Assembly (NCBI GenBank): GCA_965202985.1
Contig: CBDBCF010000001.1
Coordinates: 608,001-672,000, forward strand
DNA: 64,000 bases
Direction of reading: 5' to 3'
Source: Longimicrobiales bacterium
GTDB lineage: Bacteria > Gemmatimonadota > Gemmatimonadetes > Longimicrobiales > Gaopeijiaceae
Each line of letters starts with the position of its first letter. Within the stretch, counting starts at the first letter, position 1. A program made the position numbers and the translations under genes. The notes below the pieces were generated by a model. It saw nothing but the letters and a program-made list of their open reading frames with translations, was not told the DNA's origin and ran no database searches. Positions 18,385-27,591 of the stretch are shown piece after piece.

Positions 18385-18433
18385 GATGGGACGAAATTGG
18401 GGCGTTTCCATGGCTGGATCGGCCCGTTTTTCG
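18385..18433 (-). promoter_or_regulatory. Conserved upstream element of Rpn copy 1 (shared with 62150-62200)
   Basis: Plus strand GATGGGACGAAATTGGGGCGTTTCCATGGCTGGATCGGCCCGTTTTTCG. Confidence 0.6.
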
Positions 18434-18555
18434 GCGACCTTCGCCGGACCGGAGGAGGCCGTGAAATGCCGTCCCTCCAGACGCTCTTGGTCAGCCCGAC
18501 GCGGCCTCGCACCGACCCATCCCTGCGGCGGGCCGTTGCGCTTGGCGGCTCGTCT

Positions 18556-19722
18556 TCAATCGTCAGGAAATGAACGCGGACACGGAGCGGAGTCGAAGTA
18601 GAGTTGATCCAGCAGGTAGCGTACGCGATGGCGCGCAGCGCAGCGCCGCAACATGTCGGCGGGAACGGACCAGGGCGCGCGGCCCAGTCGATAGTCGTCC
18701 ACGGCCCGATGCAATGCGCGCCGCTTGTCCGGCGCCAGGAGCCGCTTGACGTACCCTTGGGCGTGCTGCAGGACGTTGACGTGCCGTTCTCGCGTGGCGG
18801 GCGTGCTCATGGCGGCCAGAAACCCTGAGCCGTAACGGGCCGCCAGCTCGTCGTCGGGTAGGCGACCGGCACCGCCCAACAGTCTCCCCAGGCGACGAAC
18901 GGCGCCTTCGTCCCGAGCCCAGACCACGAACTTGTGGGCCGTGTGAAAGGCCACGAGACGAGACCGGAGTCTGGCGGCGCTCTCGGCGACGGGTCGGGAC
19001 GCGGAGGCGGAGGTCGTCGCGCTCTCGGCGGCAAGCCGGAACACCGCGCCTGCGGGTGCCGCGACGGTGGCCAGGGCGCGCCAGCGGTTGCGAGCAAAGA
19101 CCGTCTCCAGAAACGCCTTGGCGAGGGACGCGGTCTGCAGGTCCCCTTCCTCCGCCAAGGGCAGGTCGGGACATGCTCGCCGCAGTTCGAGGGCGAACAG
19201 TCCCGTGCCGCCGGACTGGCCCACCCATTCTTCGCCGCTCCGGCTTCGGCGGAAGACGCGCGCGCTTCCCAGCCCGCAAGACGGCGATCTGCTCTTCAAG
19301 ACGTAGCCGTCCAGCTCCAGGTCACCCAGAGCCCGTGTCCTTCGGCGGGCGTATCGCGTCATCCGCTCCGTATGGTCCCGGCCCGACGCCGGGTCCACCA
19401 TGCGGAGGCCGCCGTCCCGCTCCTCGAGTCGCACCGGCGGCCTGGGCACACCCATGCCGGCTTCCACCTCGGGGCAGACCCGGACCCACTGCGCCCACGG
19501 GCCCAGCGCGCGATCGAGCGCGGAGTCGCGCTTGTGACCGCCGTCGTAGCGAACCGCGTCGCCCAGCAGGCAGGCGGACACGCCGATCCGAACCGGGGCG
19601 TCCGGCGAGTACCAACGACGCCAGCCTCCGGGCCAGGGTTCCGACGCGGCCGACGGGGGAGGTGCACCCGACCCGGAAGCGCCGGCGGCACGGACACCGT
19701 CGCCGGACTGCCGGCGCGTCAC
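18556..19722 (-). CDS. DUF523 + DUF1722 (YbbK/YbgA) domain protein
   Basis: IGVSACLLG..VRYDGGHK, CPEVEAGMGVPR, LKSRSPSCG, EEG.L, FHTAHK, NVLQHAQGY; GTGA overlap with the upstream gene. Confidence 0.9.
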   Translation of the reverse strand: MTRRQSGDGVRAAGASGSGAPPPSAASEPWPGGWRRWYSPDAPVRIGVSACLLGDAVRYDGGHKRDSALDRALGPWAQWVRVCPEVEAGMGVPRPPVRLEERDGGLRMVDPASGRDHTERMTRYARRRTRALGDLELDGYVLKSRSPSCGLGSARVFRRSRSGEEWVGQSGGTGLFALELRRACPDLPLAEEGDLQTASLAKAFLETVFARNRWRALATVAAPAGAVFRLAAESATTSASASRPVAESAARLRSRLVAFHTAHKFVVWARDEGAVRRLGRLLGGAGRLPDDELAARYGSGFLAAMSTPATRERHVNVLQHAQGYVKRLLAPDKRRALHRAVDDYRLGRAPWSVPADMLRRCAARHRVRYLLDQLYFDSAPCPRSFPDD

Positions 19723-20342
19723 GGGAAGGCGGTCGTCGCCCAGAGCGCAACCGCCACGGCCAACGGCGTCGTCAGGTTGTCGTCGAGCTTCCACGGCGCC
19801 GCTTCCACGGCCGCCGCTAACCCGGCCGCCAGCAGCCCATGAGGCACGCCCGCCCAGGGAACGAGGACGCCGCAGCCGGCAACGAAGAACGTCGCGGTTC
19901 CTTCCCAGCTGCCCTTCCCCAGAGCCCGCCTGCCCCACAGCCGTCCGACCACGCTGGCAGCGGGGTCGGCGAGGGCGAGAACCAGAAGCGAGGGCACGAA
20001 GTGGGCGGGAGCGAGAAGCGACACGGCCAGTGCGCCCGCCAGGAACCAGGACGACGAGGCCGGGCCGCGCGCCTCCCTGGGAGACGCAAGAACCCGGAAC
20101 CAGCGAAAGAAGATCGCGTTGACCTCCGGAAATCGGAAGCGGAGCGCGTCGAGGGAGAAGGAAGCCGCTGTCGCCCCGGCGAGCGCCGCCCGCAGTCCGA
20201 ACGAGCCCGCTCCCGCGCAGTGCGCCGCCGCCGCTAGGCCGACCCCCGTCGCGGCGTGAAAGACGCGACGCCACGGCTGCACGCCGCCGGTCCGTTCCGC
20301 GAGAACCTCGGTCGGCGCCTGCTTGCGATCCCTTTCGTTCAC
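19719..20342 (-). CDS. Polyprenol/dolichol kinase-like (CTP-transferase family) membrane protein
   Basis: RRVFH, LALADPAASVVG..WG, KGSWEG, LDDNLTTPL. Confidence 0.8.
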   Translation of the reverse strand: MNERDRKQAPTEVLAERTGGVQPWRRVFHAATGVGLAAAAHCAGAGSFGLRAALAGATAASFSLDALRFRFPEVNAIFFRWFRVLASPREARGPASSSWFLAGALAVSLLAPAHFVPSLLVLALADPAASVVGRLWGRRALGKGSWEGTATFFVAGCGVLVPWAGVPHGLLAAGLAAAVEAAPWKLDDNLTTPLAVAVALWATTAFP

Positions 20343-20423
20343 CGGGGTGACGTTGCCGGAGACGGGCGCCTGCTGCAACCCCACGCACGCGCCGGCCGGT
20401 CCGCTACTCGGGCCGGTCCGCGG

Positions 20424-20463
20424 CGGCAACTCGACTGTTACAGAACCGGGAATCCGCCGTTAC
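20424..20463 (+). promoter_or_regulatory. Pho-box-like direct repeats with 11-bp period
   Basis: CGGCAAC(20424), CTGTTAC(20435), CCGGGAA(20446), CCGTTAC(20457) upstream of the TonB receptor operon; two good and two degenerate half-sites. Confidence 0.45.
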
Positions 20464-20587
20464 CCATGCCCGGTACCGTCCGTTGCGCGCCGGGCGCAAG
20501 CCGCCGGGTCGCCGACGAAACCCCCCGCTTGCGGCGCTGGCCGTCGCGGGCACGCTCCGCCTAGAACAAAGGAACGAATTGAGGCCG

Positions 20588-23410
20588 ATGCGTCTTCCCG
20601 GAAAGCCCGGACTGCGGGCGCTGATCCCACTCGCGGCGGCGGTTGCCGCCTACCCCGTCCACGGCGCGGCCCAGACGGGCAAGATCGTGGGCCGCGTCCT
20701 CGACGCCGGAACCGCCCAGCGTATCGCGGGCGCCCAGGTGTACCTGGAAGACCAGTCTGCCGGCGGGCTGTCGGGGGTCGACGGACGGTTCGTGGTCCGC
20801 GACGTCCCGGCGGGCGAGCACGCCGTGGTGGTCCGGATGCTGGGGTACGCCACCAAGACGGTGACGGGCGTGACGGTGGAGGCGGACGGGTTCGCCACCG
20901 TGAACGTGTCGATCGAGTCGGCGGCGGTGAGCATCGAAGGGGTCACCGTGGAGGCCACCGTCGAAACCGGGTCCACGGCCGCCCTGCTCTCCGAGCGCCA
21001 GAGCCGGTCGTTCGTTGTGGACGCCATCGGCGCCGACCAGATCTCCAGATCCCCCGACGGCGACGCCGCGGCGGCCCTGAAGCGGGTGCCGGGGCTGTCG
21101 GTGGTGGACGGCAAGTTCGCCTACGTCCGGGGGCTGGGAGAGCGCTACAGCGCCACCACGCTCAACGGCGCCCCGTTGGCGTCGCCGATGCCGGACCGGA
21201 AGGTCGTGCCTCTGGACATCGTGCCGTCGGACCTGCTGGAGTCGATCGTCACGGTCAAGAGCTACTCGCCCGACCAGCCCGGCGACTACGCCGGCGGCTT
21301 GGTCGAGCTTCGCACGAAGGACTTTCCGGCTCGCAGAATTTTCTCGGTGTCGGCGTCCAGCAGCTTGAACACCGTGACAACCTTCGAGGACGGCCTGCGC
21401 TACGCCGGCGGCGGCTTGGACTTCCTGGGCTTCGACGACGGAACGCGGGCGCTTCCGGCCCTGATCCCGACGGACCAGCGGGTCATCTACTGCGGCGCGG
21501 GCTGCTTCTCGCGCGCGGATCTGGAGCGGTTCGGCGAGTCCTTCGGCGGCGACTGGGGCCCCACCTTCCGCAATCTGCCGCCGAACGGCTCGATCGGGCT
21601 GTCGTACGGTGACGATCTGGAGGTGTTCGGCCGGTCCTTCGGCGTGCTGGGGTCGCTGACGTACTCCAACGGCTTCGGGAGCCGGAGCAAGATCGTCGAG
21701 CGGGTGTTCTCCACGTCGGGCGTGGACGATCCGGAGGTCGACTACGAGGGCCAAGCCACGACGCGCTCGGTGTCGCTGGGCGGCCTGGCCAACCTGTCGT
21801 ACGAGCTCGGCCCCACCAGCCGCATCACGGCCAACTTGGTGTACAACCGGCTCATGGACGACGAGGCCCGCACTTACGAGGGCTTCAACCTCGACTCCAA
21901 CTCGAATCAGCGGAACCACCGCATCCGCTTCCTGGCCCAGACGTTGACCAACGCCCAGATCAAGGGCGAGCACCGCTTGACGTTCCTGGCGAACGCGAAG
22001 TTCGACTGGCGGGGCGCCTGGTCCCGCGCGCAGCGATATGAACCCAACACGCGCGACGTGCTCTACCGGGAAGAGGACGGCGAGTACCTGTTCGAGAACT
22101 TCGTGTCGTCGGGATCGGTTTTCCACCAGGACTTGGTGGACGACACCTACAGCGCCGCCGCCGACTTGGACCTTCCCTTCGCCTTGGGCGGGGGCGACCG
22201 GGGCGGGACGGTTTCCGTGGGCGGCTTCTTCAGCGCGAAGCGTCGGGACGCATTCACGCGCAGGTTCCGGTTTCTGCTGGTTTCCGGGGGGGACGTGGGT
22301 CGCCAAGTGCGGATGCGCGACCCCAACAACCTGTTCAACGCGCGAACGATCGGGAACGGCTTCGAGCTTCAAGAGGCCACCTTCCGGCCCGACAACTACG
22401 ACGCGTCTGAAGACGTGCGCGCGGGCTACGCCATGCTGGACGCCCAAGTCGTCGGACCGCTCAAGCTGATGGCCGGCGTTCGAGCCGAGTCGGCCGCGCA
22501 AGAGGTGGCGCCCCGCGACTTGTTCGACCCGAGGCTGCCGGCACTAGACAGGGCGGAGCTGGACGACCTGGACCTGTTGCCTGTCGTCGCGCTTACCCTT
22601 CGGCTTCGAGAAGGCATGAACGTGCGCATGGGCGCGTCCCGGACCTTGGCCCGGCCGCAGTTGCGGGAGCTGGCGCCATTCGCCTTCGCCGATTACGCGG
22701 GCGGCTACTTGACGGTGGGAAACCCGGAGCTGCGACGCTCGCGCATCTGGAACTTCGACGGCCGCTGGGAGACGTTCTTCGGCCACGGGGGCGTGTTGGC
22801 GGTCAGCGGCTTTCACAAGAGCTTCGAGGCCCCCATCGAGGTCGCCGTGCTGCCCAGCACCGAACTGCTCAAGACGTGGATCAACGGCGGTGCCGCCGTC
22901 AGCTACGGGGCGGAGTTGGAGTTTCGGTCCGATCTGGGCTTTCTGTCGTCGGAGCTGGAGGCGGTGTTGCTCAACAGCAACTTGACGCTGGTGCGCTCCG
23001 AAGTGGGCACGCCGGGCGTCATCCGGGCGTACGTGCCCGGAGAAGGCGGCGTCGACCTGCCAGTAGTGCCCAAGAACCGTGCGCTCCAAGGACAGTCGCC
23101 CTATGTGGTCAACGTGGGCCTTTCCTACGCTTCCCCGTCGGGCGGGTCGCGGGCCAGCGTGCTGTTCAACCGCTTCGGGCGCCGCATAGACGCCGTGGGC
23201 GGTCAAGCCACGCCCGACATCTTTGAAGAGGCCCGCAGCCAACTGGATGTCGTGCTGGAACGAAGGATCCGGGGCGGGGCCAGGATCAAGCTCTCGGCGA
23301 GCAGGCTGATCGGAAGCGTGGTCGAATTCACCCAAGGCGGGGGGCTGCTGCGCAGCTGGAACGCGGGCCGGACCCTCTCGTTGTCGGTCGGCTGGAACAC
23401 GGGGAACTGA
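20588..23410 (+). CDS. TonB-dependent outer-membrane receptor with N-terminal carboxypeptidase-regulatory-like domain
   Basis: DAIGADQISRSPDGDAAAALKRVPG, YVRGLGERY, LDIVPSDLL, GNPEL, LQGQSPYVVN. Confidence 0.92.
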   Translation: MRLPGKPGLRALIPLAAAVAAYPVHGAAQTGKIVGRVLDAGTAQRIAGAQVYLEDQSAGGLSGVDGRFVVRDVPAGEHAVVVRMLGYATKTVTGVTVEADGFATVNVSIESAAVSIEGVTVEATVETGSTAALLSERQSRSFVVDAIGADQISRSPDGDAAAALKRVPGLSVVDGKFAYVRGLGERYSATTLNGAPLASPMPDRKVVPLDIVPSDLLESIVTVKSYSPDQPGDYAGGLVELRTKDFPARRIFSVSASSSLNTVTTFEDGLRYAGGGLDFLGFDDGTRALPALIPTDQRVIYCGAGCFSRADLERFGESFGGDWGPTFRNLPPNGSIGLSYGDDLEVFGRSFGVLGSLTYSNGFGSRSKIVERVFSTSGVDDPEVDYEGQATTRSVSLGGLANLSYELGPTSRITANLVYNRLMDDEARTYEGFNLDSNSNQRNHRIRFLAQTLTNAQIKGEHRLTFLANAKFDWRGAWSRAQRYEPNTRDVLYREEDGEYLFENFVSSGSVFHQDLVDDTYSAAADLDLPFALGGGDRGGTVSVGGFFSAKRRDAFTRRFRFLLVSGGDVGRQVRMRDPNNLFNARTIGNGFELQEATFRPDNYDASEDVRAGYAMLDAQVVGPLKLMAGVRAESAAQEVAPRDLFDPRLPALDRAELDDLDLLPVVALTLRLREGMNVRMGASRTLARPQLRELAPFAFADYAGGYLTVGNPELRRSRIWNFDGRWETFFGHGGVLAVSGFHKSFEAPIEVAVLPSTELLKTWINGGAAVSYGAELEFRSDLGFLSSELEAVLLNSNLTLVRSEVGTPGVIRAYVPGEGGVDLPVVPKNRALQGQSPYVVNVGLSYASPSGGSRASVLFNRFGRRIDAVGGQATPDIFEEARSQLDVVLERRIRGGARIKLSASRLIGSVVEFTQGGGLLRSWNAGRTLSLSVGWNTGN

Positions 23411-23414
23411 AAGC

Positions 23415-24980
23415 ATGCAAGCACACGTGCACATCGTCTGGAAGAACCGCGCGGTCGTCGGGCTGGTCGCGGCCGGCGCCGTCTCGGCAGGAGCCTGCGG
23501 CAGCCCCACGCAGACCGGAGACGCCCCCGCGGCACCCACGCACGTCCGGGCCACGGTCGGCGGCAACGACGTCACGCTCCGCTGGCGAGGCTCCGGCGAC
23601 TCCTACAAGGTGCTGCGCCAAGGCGGAGGCCATGGCTATGTCCAGATCGCCCAGGACGTGCCGTCCAGGTCGTACACGGACTCGGACGTTCGGGAGGGAA
23701 GCTACGGCTACCGCGTGGTCGCGGTCGTCAACGGCATCGAATCCAGCCCGTCGAACCCGGCCCCCGCGACCGTGGCCGACGCGAGTCGGTGGCGCCACCT
23801 GAGCGGGGAGATCAGCGGCGTCCGCACCCTGAACGCCGATTCCGTATACATCCTTCGCGGAATCGTGATCGTGAAGAACGGCGGCGAGCTGCGCATCCCC
23901 GCGGGGACGCTGCTCAAGGGCGACGTGGCCACGCAACCCACCGCGCTCGTCGTGCGGACCGGCGGCAAGCTCTACTCGGAGGGCGCCGCGGACGCGCCGG
24001 TGGTGTTCACCAGCTCGTCTCCCGAAGGCGAACGGCGCCCCGGCGACTGGGGCGGCATCGTGATCAACGGCCGGTCGCTCTGCAACTTTCCCAAGGAGCA
24101 GTGCGTGGGCGAGGGTTCGTCGGGCACGTACGGCGGCACGGACAAGGACGACGACAGCGGGCGGATCGTGTACACGCGCATCGAGTTCGCCGGCTTCGAG
24201 GTCTCGTTCGGCAACGAACTCAACGCCCTGACCCTGAACGGCGTGGGCGCGGGGACCGAGATCCATCACGTGCAGGCCAACGTGGGGCTGGACGACGGCA
24301 TCGAGTTCTTCGGGGGCACGGTGGACCTGAAGTACGCCTTGGTCACCAACGCCAGCGACGACAGCTTCGACTACTCCTCGGGCTGGCAGGGCCGGGGGCA
24401 GTTCTGGATTGCGCAACAGGACCCGAACGACGCCGACAACGGCTTCGAGGTGGACGGCAACGAGGACGACTACAACGCCACGCCGTACACGAACCCGCTT
24501 CTATACAATGTGACGCTCGTGGGGAACGGTCCGGGCGGCGACAGCGGCGACGAGTCCGACGTGGGTCTGCTTGTGCGCCGGGGCGCCGCTGGGAGGATCT
24601 ACAACACCGTGGTCGTGGGCTTCGGCGACCAAGGGCTGGACGTGGACAACGGCGAGACCTTGTCCAACGGCCTGGAGCTGCGGAACTCGGTTCTGGCCGA
24701 GAACAAGGCGCCGTTTTCCACCGACGACGACGGGATCGACGAAGCGGCGTTCTTCAACAACGCCGAATGGAACAATCGGGTGCTGGAGGGCAGCGCCATG
24801 CTGGCGGCCCCCTTCGACCGCGACGCGCCCGACTTCACGCCCTTGGCCGGTTCGCCGTTGCTGACGGGCGCGGCCACCCCGCCCGACGACGGCTTCTTCA
24901 CCGTCGTGGACTTCGTGGGCGCGGCGGCGCCGGGCGGCGACAAGTGGTGGATGGGCTGGACCTCGTTCGTCCGGAACTGA
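23415..24980 (+). CDS. Surface lipoprotein with FN3 domain and beta-helix (resembles Caulobacter ElpS family)
   Basis: Lipobox AGAC; GDWGGIVING, YGG...DDSG...Y.RIEFAG, NELNALTL.GVG.GT, DDGIEFFGG, DDSFD. Confidence 0.75.
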   Translation: MQAHVHIVWKNRAVVGLVAAGAVSAGACGSPTQTGDAPAAPTHVRATVGGNDVTLRWRGSGDSYKVLRQGGGHGYVQIAQDVPSRSYTDSDVREGSYGYRVVAVVNGIESSPSNPAPATVADASRWRHLSGEISGVRTLNADSVYILRGIVIVKNGGELRIPAGTLLKGDVATQPTALVVRTGGKLYSEGAADAPVVFTSSSPEGERRPGDWGGIVINGRSLCNFPKEQCVGEGSSGTYGGTDKDDDSGRIVYTRIEFAGFEVSFGNELNALTLNGVGAGTEIHHVQANVGLDDGIEFFGGTVDLKYALVTNASDDSFDYSSGWQGRGQFWIAQQDPNDADNGFEVDGNEDDYNATPYTNPLLYNVTLVGNGPGGDSGDESDVGLLVRRGAAGRIYNTVVVGFGDQGLDVDNGETLSNGLELRNSVLAENKAPFSTDDDGIDEAAFFNNAEWNNRVLEGSAMLAAPFDRDAPDFTPLAGSPLLTGAATPPDDGFFTVVDFVGAAAPGGDKWWMGWTSFVRN

Positions 24981-25522
24981 CGACGGCGCGAGCGACGGCG
25001 ACCGTCGCGGTGCTCTTGGGCGTCTGGGGGTGCGGCGTCGGGTCGGCCGGGGCGGATGCTCCGTTTCCCGGATCGGCGGCCAGCTTGGAGGCGCTTGGCA
25101 GGGGCGTCTTCGAGTCTTTCACGCGGAACGATCGCGAAGCGCTGGAGGCGTTTCGGCTCACCGAGGACGAGCACAACACAGTGGTGTGGCCCGAGCTGCC
25201 GGCCGCCCGGGCCGACGAGACGCCGTTTCCGCTGGACTTGGCGTGGCGCAACATTCAGCTTCGGAACGGGCGGGCGGTTCCGAGGGCGGCGGAGGCGTTG
25301 CGGCGAGCGGGAGCGGAGGCGTTCGAGGGCGCGGAGTGCCGGGGCGCCGCGCGGTCCTTCGAGACGTTCGTGGTCCACACGGACTGCCGCGTGCGCTTCC
25401 GGGCGACGGGAGGCGCGCGCTACGATATTCTTCTCTTCAAGGACGCGCTGGAGAGGAACGGAGGCTACAAGGTGTTTCGCTACTACGACGAGGACCCGGA
25501 GCGATTGCGGGACGAACCGTGA
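24977..25522 (+). CDS. Hypothetical exported protein or lipoprotein
   Basis: Fills the gap in the operon, coding-like composition (VLLGVWGC...VVWPELP...KDALERNGGYKVFRYYDE); start uncertain (CTG 24977 or GTG 25010). Confidence 0.65.
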   Translation: MTTARATATVAVLLGVWGCGVGSAGADAPFPGSAASLEALGRGVFESFTRNDREALEAFRLTEDEHNTVVWPELPAARADETPFPLDLAWRNIQLRNGRAVPRAAEALRRAGAEAFEGAECRGAARSFETFVVHTDCRVRFRATGGARYDILLFKDALERNGGYKVFRYYDEDPERLRDEP

Positions 25523-26256
25523 CGGCGTTGGCCGCCGGGTCCGCCGTCAAGCGGGTTCTGGTCGTCGAGGACGAGGACGACATCGCCGCCCTGGTGTCCT
25601 TCCAGCTTGCCCGGGAGGGCTACCACGTGGACACGGCACGAAGCGGGTCGGCGGCGTTGAGCGCGCTGCAACGGGGGACGCCCGACCTGGTCGTGCTGGA
25701 CCGGATGCTTCCCGGCGTGTCCGGCGACGACGTGCTGCGGGCGATCCGCGGCGATTCGGCCACGCGCGGGTTGCCTGTACTGGTGCTCAGCGCCAAGCGG
25801 GAGGACGAGGAACGGGTCGCCGGCCTGGAGCTGGGCGCCGACGACTATCTTACCAAGCCGTTCAGCCTCCGGGAGCTGGTGTTGCGGGTAGACGCCATCC
25901 TGCGGCGCTCCCGCAGCGAACTGCAGCACGCCAAAGGCGGTGGCCGCATCCTCCGGTCCGGACCCCTGAAGGTCGATCTCGGAGCGCTGCGCGTGACGCT
26001 GAATGGCGAAGAAGTGCAGCTTACGCCAACGGAGTTTCGCCTGCTCCGGACGCTCTTGGGGCGAATCGGCCGCACGCAAGGCCGTCGCCAGCTGCTAGTG
26101 GACGCTTGGCAGCTGGCTCCCCGCGCCGCCGACCGCATCCACACGCGCACCGTGGACATGCACGTCCGACGCCTGCGCGCCAAGCTTGGCCCCGCCGGCG
26201 ACCGGATCGAGACCGTGCGCGGCTTCGGGTACCGGTTCCGGCGGGACGGAGGGTAA
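25519..26256 (+). CDS. OmpR/PhoB-family response regulator (PhoB-like)
   Basis: VLVVEDE, DLVVLDRMLP, GADDYLTKPF, LTPTEFRLL, TRTVDMHVRRLRAKL, IETVRGFGYRF. Confidence 0.92.
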   Translation: MTALAAGSAVKRVLVVEDEDDIAALVSFQLAREGYHVDTARSGSAALSALQRGTPDLVVLDRMLPGVSGDDVLRAIRGDSATRGLPVLVLSAKREDEERVAGLELGADDYLTKPFSLRELVLRVDAILRRSRSELQHAKGGGRILRSGPLKVDLGALRVTLNGEEVQLTPTEFRLLRTLLGRIGRTQGRRQLLVDAWQLAPRAADRIHTRTVDMHVRRLRAKLGPAGDRIETVRGFGYRFRRDGG

Positions 26257-26421
26257 CGGGGGGCCGAAGCGCCCTTGGGGGGAGACGCGCGGCCCGCGCT
26301 TCCTGGCACCCTGTCCGAGCTTGCCCGCAATCCGTCCTCGTCTTATTGTCATGGCGGTCAGCGGCCAGCCACTTGCGCGCAGCGGGAATCGAAGTAGAAC
26401 ATCGGGGATGTTCGGTCGGGG

Positions 26422-26715
26422 TCAGGTGGCACGACCGGACATCCCCGCGCCCGCAGCCATTGGAACGGCGGGAACGCTCACGGGCACCAGCAGCTCCCCG
26501 TCCGAGCGTGCGGCCAGAGCTTGGAGTGCCGGGGGAAGCGGGTCTCCATGCTCCACGCGTGATTCCGCGATCTTGCGCGCGAGTCCTTGGGCGATCTCGG
26601 CCACTTCCACGACGCTGCAGCCCTCGGCAACCAGCCCGGGCACGTCGGGACTCGTCGCCAGGTAGCCGCCTTCCTGCAGCGGCTCCACGCGAAGACGAAT
26701 CGTCACCTCGTCCAC
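26422..26715 (-). CDS. HicB-family antitoxin-like protein (no hicA seen)
   Basis: EGGYLATSPDVPGLVAEG.S..E......LA....E...E.GDPLP; GGAG/AGGA before GTG. Confidence 0.75.
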   Translation of the reverse strand: MDEVTIRLRVEPLQEGGYLATSPDVPGLVAEGCSVVEVAEIAQGLARKIAESRVEHGDPLPPALQALAARSDGELLVPVSVPAVPMAAGAGMSGRAT

Positions 26716-26720
26716 CAGTC

Positions 26721-27419
26721 CTACTCCAGCGGCGCCGTCTCGAGCTTGGAGACGTGGAGGTTCAGCCCGTGGTTGACGCGGAAGCCGTAGACGCCGTCCG
26801 AGGGGAAGTCCCCGCGGGGAAGGTCGGCCACCTCCTGGCCGTTCACTAGGAAGCGCACGGCTTGAGGGCCGGCCTCCAGGACCAGAACGTTCTTGATGGT
26901 GGCACCGCCTTCCTCGCGGTCGGCGAAGGACAAAACGGCGTCGTGGGCAGTCCACGGCAGCACGGTCGGCGCCTCCGGGCCTTCGCGCCGCTTGACGATG
27001 AACTCGCCGCCGTTGCGGATCAGGAAGTACGAGTACTCGATCTCGTCGCCGTCCATGGCTTGGCCGCCCACGAAGATGCCGAAGGCTTCCCGCCGTTCCC
27101 CGGGGTCGAAGAGAAACACCTCCATCTCCACGCGGAAGTTGCCCGACGCCTCCATCTCCGGCCCCCAGTAGACGGCCGGGGGGCCCGACGTGACGTGCCA
27201 GCCCGGGGGCATATCCACGAACATCTCGAGGTCGTCTTCCGAGCGATCCGGCGTGTCGAAGCGGACTTGCCAGCCTTCGGGCCGCTCCAGGTCCTGCGCG
27301 GCGACGGCCGAGGACGACGAGAACGCAACTAGGGCGAGAACGACGAGAACAGGACGGAACGCGACGCGCACCGGCAACCTCCTTGGTCGAGTGGACGGGT
27401 TCCCTGGCCGAAGCGACAA
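26721..27419 (-). CDS. Hypothetical secreted protein (possible concanavalin-like beta-sandwich)
   Basis: Signal peptide ending AVAA-Q; GWHVTSGP, EAFGIFVGG, YSYFLIR..G.F, G.YGFRVNH; start approximate. Confidence 0.7.
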   Translation of the reverse strand: MSLRPGNPSTRPRRLPVRVAFRPVLVVLALVAFSSSSAVAAQDLERPEGWQVRFDTPDRSEDDLEMFVDMPPGWHVTSGPPAVYWGPEMEASGNFRVEMEVFLFDPGERREAFGIFVGGQAMDGDEIEYSYFLIRNGGEFIVKRREGPEAPTVLPWTAHDAVLSFADREEGGATIKNVLVLEAGPQAVRFLVNGQEVADLPRGDFPSDGVYGFRVNHGLNLHVSKLETAPLE

Positions 27420-27591
27420 CCGACAGTCGGCGGCGCGGGGCCCCGCAAAGGGTCGGGGAGTCGATCAAGATCGGGAACGAAGCGCTGCCTCGTCAAGCCA
27501 AGAGCGCGTCCGCGCGTCGCCGAGCCTCGCGGACCGCTCGAGGAGCCGGCCAGGGGCGCGCCGTCGCCATGTGGCCACGGCATCGCGCGCC

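Noticed and set aside
26397..26413. GAACATC-GGG-GATGTTC dyad as a LexA box
   Set aside because: Spacing does not fit known boxes and it lies between convergent gene ends; more likely a small hairpin.
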